Source: Bacteroidia bacterium
Lineage (GTDB): Bacteria; Bacteroidota; Bacteroidia; NS11-12g; UBA9320
DNA: 64,000 nt
Reading direction: 5' to 3'
NCBI GenBank assembly: GCA_965216465.1
Contig: CBDCFW010000003.1
Span: forward strand, 128,001-192,000
Position 1 is the stretch's first letter. Every line of letters begins with the position of its first letter. The notes under the pieces were generated by a model that saw only the letters and a program-made list of their open reading frames with translations, searched no databases and was not told the DNA's origin. Below are positions 28,189-38,082 of the stretch, piece by piece. The translations under genes were made by a program, and so were the position numbers.

Positions 28189-28641
28189 ATGAACGAATTG
28201 AAATTAGTGCTATTATTTTTCGCAGCAAGCTTTATGATTGCATGCGGATCAGGCGATAAATCAGAGTCGAATGAAGAAACAACAGTAGAACCTGAAGTTG
28301 AAGAAGTTTCAGGCAGTGTTTCTTTTGGAAATATTCAAGATGGTGATACGCTAACATCGCCTTTTCTAATGGAAATGTATGTAGAAGGAATGACCGTTGA
28401 ACCTAAAGGCGAACCTCGCGAAGGATATGGCCACCATCACTTACTCATAAATGATGGGTTTATTGATGAAGGCATTGTCATTATAGCGGATTCAACTCAC
28501 ATTCATTATGGTGGTGGACAAACATCAGATTCAGTAGCACTTGCTCCGGGCAATTATCAGTTAACACTGCAGTTTGCGGACGGTATGCACGTGTCATACG
28601 GCGAAAATTGGTCTGCATCGATTGATGTCGTTGTAGAGTAG
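28189..28641 (+). CDS. DUF4399 domain lipoprotein
   Basis: Lipobox MIAC; GHHHLLI, HIHYGGGQT, LAPGNYQLTLQFADG.H. Confidence 0.88.
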   Translation: MNELKLVLLFFAASFMIACGSGDKSESNEETTVEPEVEEVSGSVSFGNIQDGDTLTSPFLMEMYVEGMTVEPKGEPREGYGHHHLLINDGFIDEGIVIIADSTHIHYGGGQTSDSVALAPGNYQLTLQFADGMHVSYGENWSASIDVVVE

Positions 28642-28747
28642 TGTAGAGATATCTATTCACATTGACCCCATAAGGGCATTAATTTTTAATGCACTTCTCT
28701 TCTAAATTATTGACCAAGCTTACTTTTGATAAAGTTAGCTCAGGTTG

Positions 28748-29977
28748 ATGAAAATTAAACTTAGATTTACAGTAGCACTACTGCTTGCTCAATTAACGTT
28801 GTTCGCTCAGGATAGTGAACGCAAACATTCTATCGGTCTATACCAAAATTTTACGGATTATAATGTTCAACTTTTGGATGGCAATTGGACTACATTCGAT
28901 AGTTCATTCTCCCATTCAACACGAATTGCCTATCAAAGACTTATATCTCCGACATGGATGTTCAATATAGGAGTTAGTAATGGCTTTATTCTTGGCCAAT
29001 CTATTGATGATGAGTATGTTGAGAAAGCATTTGCAACTGGGGTTGATGGACAAATAATCCTTCGGTTGAACAACGGTCGAATAATTAAGCAAGAAGCACT
29101 TGTAGGTCCTTTTCTTAGCTTTGGATATCAGGCAGACTATATCAACAAATACAAAGAGATGGGTAATTCCCCTTGGAGCACCCATAGTATGTACGGACTT
29201 GGTGTTAACATTCCTCTATCAAACAGAACCCACATTCAGTTGCAATCGAGCATCAACCAAAAACTTGGTGACGATTTCAATACAAGCTTACAATACCGAA
29301 TGGGCATAACACAAAGTTTAGGACGGCTTGAAGACAAACCTGCTTTAAGTGACCCAAATCTTGACTCTGATGGTGACGGTATTGCAGATAAGGATGATAT
29401 GTGTCCAGGACGATTTGGAGTTGCAGAAAAGAATGGTTGTCCAATTAAGAATAATCCAATTCGGGTTAACCCTCATCGAGAAGACAGTCTAATTCACTTA
29501 AATAACCTAAAGAAGTCGAAAATATTAAGTCTAGAACAAGAACTGGATGATCTGCAAAAGAAGTACGCTGCAATTACTAGTGACACTAAAGCTTCCGATA
29601 CTGTTTATGTTCAAGATACACTTAAGGATTTAGAGATTGAATCGCTAAAAAGTCAATTGGATAGCTTGTTAACTGTAAACAAGAGATTGAAATCTTTAAC
29701 CCCAACTGAAATTCCCAAAGCTAAAACACCAGCTGATCGAACTCTGAGTGAAGATCAAAACTTTTACGTAGTAACAATTTCAGCAGTGTCAAAGGCAGGT
29801 GCAGAAGAATGGTTGGTTGAAATGCGAAAAGAATTTAGTTCCTCTATCATTATTCCACAGGCAGATGGGTTGTACAGAGTAGGGGTGTTTGCTGGAAAAG
29901 ATATTAAGCATGCCAACAATCTATTAAAACGAGCCAAGGAAGTTGGATTTGAAACAGCGTGGCTATACATTAAATAA
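28748..29977 (+). CDS. Outer-membrane beta-barrel, TSP3-like Ca-binding repeat, coiled coil and SPOR domain protein
   Basis: Signal peptide, amphipathic strands, DSDGDGIADKDDMCP...GCP, C-terminal FYVV...LYRVGV...AWLY. Confidence 0.75.
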   Translation: MKIKLRFTVALLLAQLTLFAQDSERKHSIGLYQNFTDYNVQLLDGNWTTFDSSFSHSTRIAYQRLISPTWMFNIGVSNGFILGQSIDDEYVEKAFATGVDGQIILRLNNGRIIKQEALVGPFLSFGYQADYINKYKEMGNSPWSTHSMYGLGVNIPLSNRTHIQLQSSINQKLGDDFNTSLQYRMGITQSLGRLEDKPALSDPNLDSDGDGIADKDDMCPGRFGVAEKNGCPIKNNPIRVNPHREDSLIHLNNLKKSKILSLEQELDDLQKKYAAITSDTKASDTVYVQDTLKDLEIESLKSQLDSLLTVNKRLKSLTPTEIPKAKTPADRTLSEDQNFYVVTISAVSKAGAEEWLVEMRKEFSSSIIIPQADGLYRVGVFAGKDIKHANNLLKRAKEVGFETAWLYIK

Positions 29978-29980
29978 GCA

Positions 29981-31093
29981 ATGCGGAAAGTTGTAATCAT
30001 ATCTCTTATTGCTACATGCTCATTTCAGAGTGTAGCTCAGAAGCACGATCCTGCTCGATACTCGGTCTATTATAAAACACATCGTTTTTACGATCCAGGT
30101 GTTTATACGTTGGGTTCAACTAATAATGCAAAAGCACAAGGAGGTGGAATAGAGGTATTAAAAGATGTGAGTAAACGAATTACTTTAGGATTGGGTTATG
30201 GTTTTATGCAAGTAGACAGCTTAGCCTATGGTAACTTAGCAACGTCGCAAGCGGCACACCACCAAATAGAAGGAAATGTCGGGTTAAAGTTGTTACAAAC
30301 GAAACGTGTTAAGCCCTATGTCTTCTTTGGATATGCTTACAACCATATGAGTCAACTCGAAAGTTTTGACGTGAAGCCATATGGAGCCTATGTGAACTTT
30401 GGTAGTCGTTGCGAAATAAAGCTAACAACTAATTTGGCGGTTGCATATGGATTAACCTATAATTTTAGCTTATCTGAGAACATGAGGTATAACTTCAGGC
30501 ATCAATATGGACTCGTTTTTACACCGCGATTAATAAAGCAGTCGAATTCGAATGATCGCAGGGTTGAAGAAGATTATCAAGAAGCACTAGCAATTGAAAA
30601 TCAGCTACTAAAGGAGCAATTAGACTCTGTTCAGCACTTAGTTGATATTCAATCAGAACTTGAAAAGTCACCAGAAGAAAACAGTTTACTTGTAGCCTAT
30701 AATGCAGATTTAAATCAAAAAATTGAACAGTTAGAGCAAGATAACCAAAGACTTCTTGATGAACTCAGAACCAAGCGCTTTTTAAGCGATTCATTATTGC
30801 TTACTGATTTTTCAGGATATACCTTCATTAACGACAAAGGTGATGTAATAAGCCTAAATGTTAGTGAGCTTAAAAAAGGGTATTATCTATCGTTCGTGAA
30901 CGCTAGTAGTTTGAAAAAAGCACAAGAACTGATGGCAAATGAGCATTTTTCTTCGCTCGAATCAGTTTATATCTTAAATCGATTTGATACTTTTTTAGTC
31001 GTGGGTTATCTTACTGAAAAAGAGCGTGTTGCAAAGAAGTACTTGGAAAAAATAGATGAGAATAAGTACAATTATCGAATCTTCCACTTTTAA
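29981..31093 (+). CDS. Outer-membrane beta-barrel plus coiled coil protein (possible degenerate SPOR C-terminus)
   Basis: Signal peptide, KPYVFFGYAY strands, coiled coil, C-terminal alpha/beta domain. Confidence 0.65.
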   Translation: MRKVVIISLIATCSFQSVAQKHDPARYSVYYKTHRFYDPGVYTLGSTNNAKAQGGGIEVLKDVSKRITLGLGYGFMQVDSLAYGNLATSQAAHHQIEGNVGLKLLQTKRVKPYVFFGYAYNHMSQLESFDVKPYGAYVNFGSRCEIKLTTNLAVAYGLTYNFSLSENMRYNFRHQYGLVFTPRLIKQSNSNDRRVEEDYQEALAIENQLLKEQLDSVQHLVDIQSELEKSPEENSLLVAYNADLNQKIEQLEQDNQRLLDELRTKRFLSDSLLLTDFSGYTFINDKGDVISLNVSELKKGYYLSFVNASSLKKAQELMANEHFSSLESVYILNRFDTFLVVGYLTEKERVAKKYLEKIDENKYNYRIFHF

Positions 31094-31182
31094 CTAGAAC
31101 CAACAGAAACGTCCGTTTATCGATAAGTGAGAATAACTCCACTCATTTTTCGTTTTTTTGCCGCAATTATTTTGAATTTAGA

Positions 31183-34014
31183 ATGAAAAAATCAATAATC
31201 TTATTTAATCTTTTTATGTTTTCTCTAGCATCTTTTGCTCAGTCTCCTTTTGAATTAGTCGAAAAGGTTGAGCCTCAAGAAGGAAAAGTTGTTATCCCTT
31301 ATGAGAAGTACAAGTTAACAGTTAATGACCTAACATTAATTATTCATGAAGACCACTCTGATCCAATTGTGAATGTACAAGTTGCATATCACGTAGGAAG
31401 TGCACGAGAAAGTGTGAGAAACAGTGGTTTTGCCCATTTCTTTGAGCACATGATGTTCCAAGGTTCTGCTCACGTTGAAGATGAGGAGCACTTTAAAATC
31501 ATCAGTGAAGCCGGTGGTACGAACAATGCATATACTGCATTCGACAAAACAGTTTATCACCAAACTGCACCAAGTAACCTAACTGAAACCATGTTATGGC
31601 TTGAAGCAGACAGAATGGGTACTCACCTTGAAGGTTTTACACAAGCCAAGTTTGAGAACCAAAGAGACGCAGTTAAAAACGAAAAAAGACAGCGTTACGA
31701 CAACCAACCTTACGGTATGGTAAACGAGATCCTTTTCAAGACTCTTTACTCAAACCACCCATACGAATGGACTCCAATTGGGTTTGTTGATGATCTTGAT
31801 ATTGCAACATTTGAAGATTTACGTAATTTCTTCTTAAGATGGTATGGACCAAACAACGCAGCGGTTGTTGTTTCTGGTGATGTTAACCCAGAGGAAGTTA
31901 AAGCTTGGGTAGCAAAATACTTTGGAGGTATCCAAAAATGTCCAGAGGTTAGAAACATGTATCCTAAGAAACCTCAGTTGTCAATGGACTATTATGTAAA
32001 TACTACAGACAATATTTTCGCTCCATTAACTATGATGGCTTTCCCTACGGTACCAGAATTTCACCGTGACGAGGCAGCTTTAGATATCTTATCTAGAATT
32101 ATCGGAGGTGGTAAGAACTCTATCTTATATAAGAACTTAGAAAAAACTGAAGAAGCTCTTCAAGTTGGTGCATTCCACCAAACATTTGAACTTAGTGGAT
32201 TCTTCGGTATTCAGGCGATTACAATGCCAGAAATGAGAGGAGGACTCTCGTATAAAGCACTTGAAGAAAAATTGAGAAGCTCTATTGCTGAATTTGAAAC
32301 TAGAGGTGTAACTCAAGAGGATTTAGACATTATTAAAAGTCAAATTCTTCGTTCTTCTTACAGTGCGATGAACAGTATTAACTCTAAAGCTGAAGTTTTA
32401 AGTCATTACAATATGATGAAAGGAAACGGCTACAATCTACAAGATGATATTGACAGATACAACGCTGTTACGGCTGAAGACGTAGTGCGTGTATACAACA
32501 AATATGTTAAAGGAAAGAAAGCTGTATTCATTCGTGTAGAGCGTGAAATGAATAGAGATAAAGATGACGATACTCCAAAAAGTGTAAACCCACATGCTGG
32601 TGAAGAAAAGAAAATTGACAAGCAGTACGAAGGTTTATCATACCAAGCTCCTAAAGATGATTTTGATAGAGCTGTTAGACCAACTGTACCTGGAGCAAAA
32701 CCATTTACCATTCCATCTTTTTACACCAGTAAATTAGATAACGGATTGAAAATCATTGGTACAGAGTCTAGCGAATCTCCACTGGTTTACATCTACTTTG
32801 ATATTGAAGGTGGACACTTGTTATCTGCCAACAAAAAAGTTGGAACAGGTACAGCAATGGTTACTGCTGCTATGATGGGAGAGGGAACTTCTAAGTTAAC
32901 TACTGAAGAGTTTTCTAGAGAACTTGAAAAGCTTAGTAGCTCAATCAGCTTTAGCAGTGGAACAAGCTCAACCACAGTTTTTGTAAGCACGCTTGCTTCA
33001 AACGTAGATGCAACGCTTGCATTATTAAAAGATGCAATGTTTGATCCACGTTTCGACCCAGCAGATTTCAAACGTATTAAGAAACAAATATTGGAAGGAT
33101 TGAAAACTCAAAAATCAAATCCTTCAATAATGGCTAGTAAAGCATGGAACTCTGTAATGTATGAAGGAACAGTTCTTGAGAACTACTATTATGGTAACTT
33201 CAAGTCATTGAACAAGATTGATCTTGATGATGTGAAAGAATTCTATAATACATATTACTCTCCAAACGTGACTACATTAGTAGTGTCAGGAGCTATTTCA
33301 AAAGAAGATGCTCTAAGCAAACTTTCATTCTTGAACGAGTGGAAAAACACCAACGTTGTTGTTCCTGAAATTCCAGAATTATCTATGCCAGAGAAAACTA
33401 CCATTTACTTGGTAGATAAACCATATGCTGCTCAATCAACAATCGTTGCAGGACACCCATCTAGAAAATACGACTACAACGGTGACTACTTCAAGTCTAC
33501 GGTAATGAACTTTGCTCTGGGTGGAGCATTCAACTCTCGTATCAACCTAAACTTGAGAGAAGATAAAGGATACACTTACGGTGCACGTTCATTCTTCTCT
33601 GCAAACGACCAATACGGAACATATAGATTCTCTTCTGAAATTAAGAAAGAAGCTACTGATAGTGCTATATCTGAGTTAATGAAGGAAATTACAAACTATG
33701 TTGATGGTGGAATCACGGAAGATGAATTGAAGTTTACAAAGAGCTCAATTACGTTAAGCGAGGCTCTTGATTACGAAACACCTTCTCAGAAGCTTGGTTT
33801 CTTAAGCAGAATTGCTGAGTACGATCTTCCTAGTGATTACACTACACAACAATCTAAGTTGATCAATAGCTTAACTGTTGCAGATATCAATGCACTTGCT
33901 AAGTCTTCACTTCACCCGAACAACATGGTAATTATCGTTGTAGGGCACGCCTATAAGGTACGTGAAGGGCTTAACAAGCTTGGTTACGACGTTAAAGAAA
34001 TTACCGTTGAGTAA
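31183..34014 (+). CDS. M16 family (pitrilysin/PqqL-like) zinc peptidase
   Basis: Inverted zincin motif HFFEHMMFQGS, NAYT.FD.T.Y, Y.PNNA, RINLNLREDKGYTYG; signal peptide. Confidence 0.95.
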   Translation: MKKSIILFNLFMFSLASFAQSPFELVEKVEPQEGKVVIPYEKYKLTVNDLTLIIHEDHSDPIVNVQVAYHVGSARESVRNSGFAHFFEHMMFQGSAHVEDEEHFKIISEAGGTNNAYTAFDKTVYHQTAPSNLTETMLWLEADRMGTHLEGFTQAKFENQRDAVKNEKRQRYDNQPYGMVNEILFKTLYSNHPYEWTPIGFVDDLDIATFEDLRNFFLRWYGPNNAAVVVSGDVNPEEVKAWVAKYFGGIQKCPEVRNMYPKKPQLSMDYYVNTTDNIFAPLTMMAFPTVPEFHRDEAALDILSRIIGGGKNSILYKNLEKTEEALQVGAFHQTFELSGFFGIQAITMPEMRGGLSYKALEEKLRSSIAEFETRGVTQEDLDIIKSQILRSSYSAMNSINSKAEVLSHYNMMKGNGYNLQDDIDRYNAVTAEDVVRVYNKYVKGKKAVFIRVEREMNRDKDDDTPKSVNPHAGEEKKIDKQYEGLSYQAPKDDFDRAVRPTVPGAKPFTIPSFYTSKLDNGLKIIGTESSESPLVYIYFDIEGGHLLSANKKVGTGTAMVTAAMMGEGTSKLTTEEFSRELEKLSSSISFSSGTSSTTVFVSTLASNVDATLALLKDAMFDPRFDPADFKRIKKQILEGLKTQKSNPSIMASKAWNSVMYEGTVLENYYYGNFKSLNKIDLDDVKEFYNTYYSPNVTTLVVSGAISKEDALSKLSFLNEWKNTNVVVPEIPELSMPEKTTIYLVDKPYAAQSTIVAGHPSRKYDYNGDYFKSTVMNFALGGAFNSRINLNLREDKGYTYGARSFFSANDQYGTYRFSSEIKKEATDSAISELMKEITNYVDGGITEDELKFTKSSITLSEALDYETPSQKLGFLSRIAEYDLPSDYTTQQSKLINSLTVADINALAKSSLHPNNMVIIVVGHAYKVREGLNKLGYDVKEITVE

Positions 34015-34033
34015 TATAGATTAAATAAGAGAG

Positions 34034-34061
34034 AAAGCGAGTCGAAAGGCTCGCTTTTTTT
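34034..34061 (+). terminator. Intrinsic terminator between convergent genes
   Basis: AAAGCGAGTC-GAAA-GGCTCGCTTTTTTT. Confidence 0.85.
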
Positions 34062-35244
34062 ATGCCTGATAAAATTTCAAAAGTTCGTCGGCTAATGCTT
34101 CAGTTGCATATCTGTTTTCGATAAGCTGGCGAGCATTTTGAATAATCTTTTGTGCATCAATATCTCCATTGTTTATCGCCTTAAAACAAGCCACAAACTC
34201 ATCGGGAGTGTCAGCAATGAGCAAATGTTCATTAGCAATGTAATCGATGCCTTGTGCACCTATAGTCGTTGATACAACCAATTTGCCTGCTGCCATTGCT
34301 TCTAAAATTTTTAATCGAATTCCACTTCCGCTTTTAAGTGGAACAACGCACACGTCGCAAACTTTCACAAAATCAAATGCCCTAGGAACGTCAGAAGCAA
34401 CAAGAACAGACCTATTAGCATCGTAAAGTTCAGCATCAATACTTTTCCCAGCTAAATGAAGTGTATAATCTGACGATTGTTTAAGAAGCTTTGGGTGAAT
34501 GTCTTTAATGTACCAATCAACTGCTTCGACGTTGGCATGCCACTCCATAGATCCAATGTGGTACCAGTTCAGAAATGTGTGTGCTGGATGATATTGCCAC
34601 TCGTCGAGGTCTATACCTGCTGGTGTAGTATGGCTGGATATGCTTGGAGCAAGAGATTTGAACTTTTCGCCGTCGTTGTCGGTCACAGGAACGATAACAT
34701 CAACCTCTTGTACAATTCTTTTCTCGTACTTCTTAAGTTGCTTAGCAAGAATGTTGAGATAGATCTTCTTTGCAGGATTGGATGCATTGGTTGCCAACCG
34801 TTCCCATATTTCAAACTCGGCATTGTGCATTCGGAGAGATAGCATACCGCTATGATTTTGCCGCACAGTTTCAATATAAGGTCCTGCAAACGTCCCTTCC
34901 AATTGCACTACATCGAAGGTGTTGTTTTTTAAAAGCTCTTCCAGCTCCATTTCAAATGCTCGGTTGTAGAATCGACTAACGTTATACGATTCATTTCGAA
35001 GGAGATGTTTTAAAGCTTCATCTGTCTTTATTCCTGTATCAATTGGATGAATGTAGGTATGTGCAAATTTTGAAAGTTCTGCCTGAGCTTCGGCCACCGG
35101 GGTGTTGTGTTTTAATCCATCTAGACAGTATAGATAAACTTCGTGTCCCAATCTATGAAAGGCTCTAGTATAGTTGTAAATACCAATGTTGCCTCCTTCG
35201 TTTAGCGGCCAGGGAACTCTATTTGAAACCTGCAGTATTTTCAT
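34060..35244 (-). CDS. GT4 family glycosyltransferase
   Basis: RVPWPLNEGG, VVPLKSGSGIRLKILEAMAAG. Confidence 0.92.
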   Translation of the reverse strand: MKILQVSNRVPWPLNEGGNIGIYNYTRAFHRLGHEVYLYCLDGLKHNTPVAEAQAELSKFAHTYIHPIDTGIKTDEALKHLLRNESYNVSRFYNRAFEMELEELLKNNTFDVVQLEGTFAGPYIETVRQNHSGMLSLRMHNAEFEIWERLATNASNPAKKIYLNILAKQLKKYEKRIVQEVDVIVPVTDNDGEKFKSLAPSISSHTTPAGIDLDEWQYHPAHTFLNWYHIGSMEWHANVEAVDWYIKDIHPKLLKQSSDYTLHLAGKSIDAELYDANRSVLVASDVPRAFDFVKVCDVCVVPLKSGSGIRLKILEAMAAGKLVVSTTIGAQGIDYIANEHLLIADTPDEFVACFKAINNGDIDAQKIIQNARQLIENRYATEALADELLKFYQA

Positions 35245-36776
35245 CTTTTTTGAAACACCCGTCCTAATTTTCGATAAAAATCAGCATCAAATAATTTAGA
35301 ATCTGTACTCGCTTTATAGGTTAAAAATATGGCTAGTGGAAAGAGAATGATGGTACTTAGCCACATCCCTGTAACCGAAGGTAAGCTTCCTTCAACTGCA
35401 AGCTTTTCTCCTACAATGTTGATTACATAATACAGGATAAATAACAGGAGTGACACAACCAGCGGTAATCCAAAACCTCCTTTTTTAATAATAGCACCCA
35501 AAGGAGCCCCGATAAAAAAGAGCAAAATACATGATACGGCTAGCGTGTACTTGCGATGCCATTCTACCAAATACTTTGAACGTAATTCAGATTGAGATTC
35601 GGCATCGTCAATATTATTTACGCTTATTCGTTTAACATTGTTTGCATTTTGTACTGCCCGATCAATTATTTTTTCACGGTCTAGTACGGGTCCTTTTACT
35701 GATTGAGGAGCAACCTGTCTTCCAACCCCAGCAACCCCTCCAATTGGTGCAAGACCAATTACATTAGATGTATCCTGAGGCAACGTATCTGGTTTATTTA
35801 AACTTGATAATTTGAGCAAGTAAGCTAGCCGTTCTTCAACGTCATTTTCTTCAACAATCAAAGTGTCATTAGCTTCATAGAAATAGGGCTCTAGGTATCT
35901 ATATAGCCCTTTCCGCTTGTCGGTGATGTAATCGGTCAAAGAATCTATCCTGCTATTAAGCTGAGCCACATTCAACATTCTATGATCCTCAGAAAATCGC
36001 TCTTTATCGGTACGATTAAACTGAAGCTCACTTAGGTCGATGGTCATATCATAGGTTTCAAATTCCATAGTGTTATGAGGCATGCTCTCATGATACTTTG
36101 GGTCATTTACCAATTCTTGATAGCGTTTACCCTTCTCCAAATGCAAGTTCATAAAGTGCTTATCTTCAGAGATCGTCATTTTTCCTTTCTTGGCAATTAG
36201 AATGTTGTTGTTGCCGGTATGGCGTCTATCATCAACATATATAATTACATCTTCAATAGTTTGATTATCATCATGTTTCTTTCCCACGCGAATGGCGTAG
36301 CCATCAATGTCCTTAAAAAATACATTGTCGACAATATTCATTGCCGGCTTTTTTTGAGTTACGTCGTAGAGTAGGGCTCCCCAACTCAAGTTAGCCTTTG
36401 GAATAAAATAGTTCGCTGTGTAGAAGGCTGAAAATGCCATTATAACACTGATAACAAACATCGGACGCATGGCTCGAAGTAAAGACACTCCTGAAGACTT
36501 AATCGCAACGAGCTCTGAACGCTCAGCCAAATTCCCAAACACCATGATCGAGGAAAGTAAGATCGCCAGCGGTAAGGCCAGTGGAATTAGGTGGATAGCA
36601 AAGTAAAATATGAACTCGAAAATTACGGATATCTCTAAGCCCTTTCCAACAAGGTCTTCAAGATACTTCCAGATTGTTTGCATGAGAAGCAAAAACAATG
36701 CAATAAAGAAGGTGCCAATAAATGGCCCAATAAACGACTTAATGAAAAGCCAGTGCAGTTTTTTAAGCATTCTCAA
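35241..36776 (-). CDS. LptF/LptG family LPS export permease
   Basis: LALPLAILLSSIMVFGNLAERSELVAIKSSGVSL, EWHRKY, GAPLGAIIKKGG. Confidence 0.92.
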   Translation of the reverse strand: MRMLKKLHWLFIKSFIGPFIGTFFIALFLLLMQTIWKYLEDLVGKGLEISVIFEFIFYFAIHLIPLALPLAILLSSIMVFGNLAERSELVAIKSSGVSLLRAMRPMFVISVIMAFSAFYTANYFIPKANLSWGALLYDVTQKKPAMNIVDNVFFKDIDGYAIRVGKKHDDNQTIEDVIIYVDDRRHTGNNNILIAKKGKMTISEDKHFMNLHLEKGKRYQELVNDPKYHESMPHNTMEFETYDMTIDLSELQFNRTDKERFSEDHRMLNVAQLNSRIDSLTDYITDKRKGLYRYLEPYFYEANDTLIVEENDVEERLAYLLKLSSLNKPDTLPQDTSNVIGLAPIGGVAGVGRQVAPQSVKGPVLDREKIIDRAVQNANNVKRISVNNIDDAESQSELRSKYLVEWHRKYTLAVSCILLFFIGAPLGAIIKKGGFGLPLVVSLLLFILYYVINIVGEKLAVEGSLPSVTGMWLSTIILFPLAIFLTYKASTDSKLFDADFYRKLGRVFQKR

Positions 36777-36849
36777 ATCCGCCTCAAAAATAATTAATTG
36801 TTGAGTTAAAAAGTCTATTTTCGAACGAATTATAACTTTTCATAGATAA

Positions 36850-38082
36850 ATGATATTCAAAAAGTTTGGTTTGGTTGTTTTCTTCTTGTGCTCTTCGGTT
36901 TCGTTGTTTAGTCAATTGGATAAAGAAAGCGAAAAATTGCTAAAGAAAGCTGAGAGGTGCATGAAAAAAGAAAGATATTCTGAAGCTGCCGACAATGTAA
37001 GAACGGTAATTAGAAAATATCCTGTTAATGAGTATTTGTGGAGCTTCTACCAAGAAATATACTTGCAGAATTACAACACAAACTACTTTCCAGATTTAAG
37101 AGTAAGCGTTTCATCTAAAAATGGGGAGGAGGATACCAGCTTAACTGCTTTCGAACAGTCTCTAAATAAGCTGTTTGTACAGCCTAAAGAAGACTATTTC
37201 AATGCGGTTTATGACGCATCAATTTACATGCCCTTCAACATGAAGTCTTCCGGAATCATGCGGGTTTACCATATAGACCCCTTGCACTTTACTTTAGATG
37301 AAATTGATGAGAAGTCGCTAAGTAAGCTGAAAGAAGCCAATCAGCAGTTTGATGCAAAGAACTATTTGGATGCTATTAGTTTGGCAAAAGAAGCCTACCA
37401 ACTAGATTCTAATAATTATTCCGCATTAGTCAAAATAGGCTTATCTTATTTTCAAGTGGGATACTATGGTGATGCTGCAATACACTTTCGTAAGGCAATC
37501 GAACTTGAACCTTCCTTGAATGAAGCTCGAAAGTACTTGGCCGATGCATTAAATAGAAAAGGGGAGAAGCAACAGGCTTTAGAAGTGCTTAAAGAAAGTC
37601 TCATGGTATACCCTGAAGAAAGCACCTTCGTAAAAATCTCAAAACTGCTTGAACAAACGAGTCGTTCGAAGTATCTAGATAGGCAATGGATTCTTAGACT
37701 GGCCAAGACCAATACCATGACCAATCCGCATAATCGACAACAGTTTTTTGAAGACCATATGCACTTTGGACCTTATATCGACCATTTTAACGACGTTAAA
37801 GCATTTTATTCTGATGAAGGTACTTTGTTGGATGATACCAGCTTCCCAGGAAACAAATACATTGAGGTTGAATGCTGGGAGCACATGTTAAAAGTAACTG
37901 AGTCAGAAGATATTCCAGCGCTACAATATGCCCGAGAAATGCAGAGCAAGGGACTGCTTGAAGCCTACATCTTTATCAGTATGTTTAATGTTGACTTATA
38001 CGATCAATACGTACATTATATAGCTAACAACCGTTCAACAGTTGAACGCTATATAAACAACTACTTAATCAGTACCCGTTAA
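36850..38082 (+). CDS. Exported TPR-repeat protein
   Basis: Signal peptide; TPR repeats (ALVKIGLSYFQ...AIELEP, ARKYLADAL). Confidence 0.8.
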   Translation: MIFKKFGLVVFFLCSSVSLFSQLDKESEKLLKKAERCMKKERYSEAADNVRTVIRKYPVNEYLWSFYQEIYLQNYNTNYFPDLRVSVSSKNGEEDTSLTAFEQSLNKLFVQPKEDYFNAVYDASIYMPFNMKSSGIMRVYHIDPLHFTLDEIDEKSLSKLKEANQQFDAKNYLDAISLAKEAYQLDSNNYSALVKIGLSYFQVGYYGDAAIHFRKAIELEPSLNEARKYLADALNRKGEKQQALEVLKESLMVYPEESTFVKISKLLEQTSRSKYLDRQWILRLAKTNTMTNPHNRQQFFEDHMHFGPYIDHFNDVKAFYSDEGTLLDDTSFPGNKYIEVECWEHMLKVTESEDIPALQYAREMQSKGLLEAYIFISMFNVDLYDQYVHYIANNRSTVERYINNYLISTR

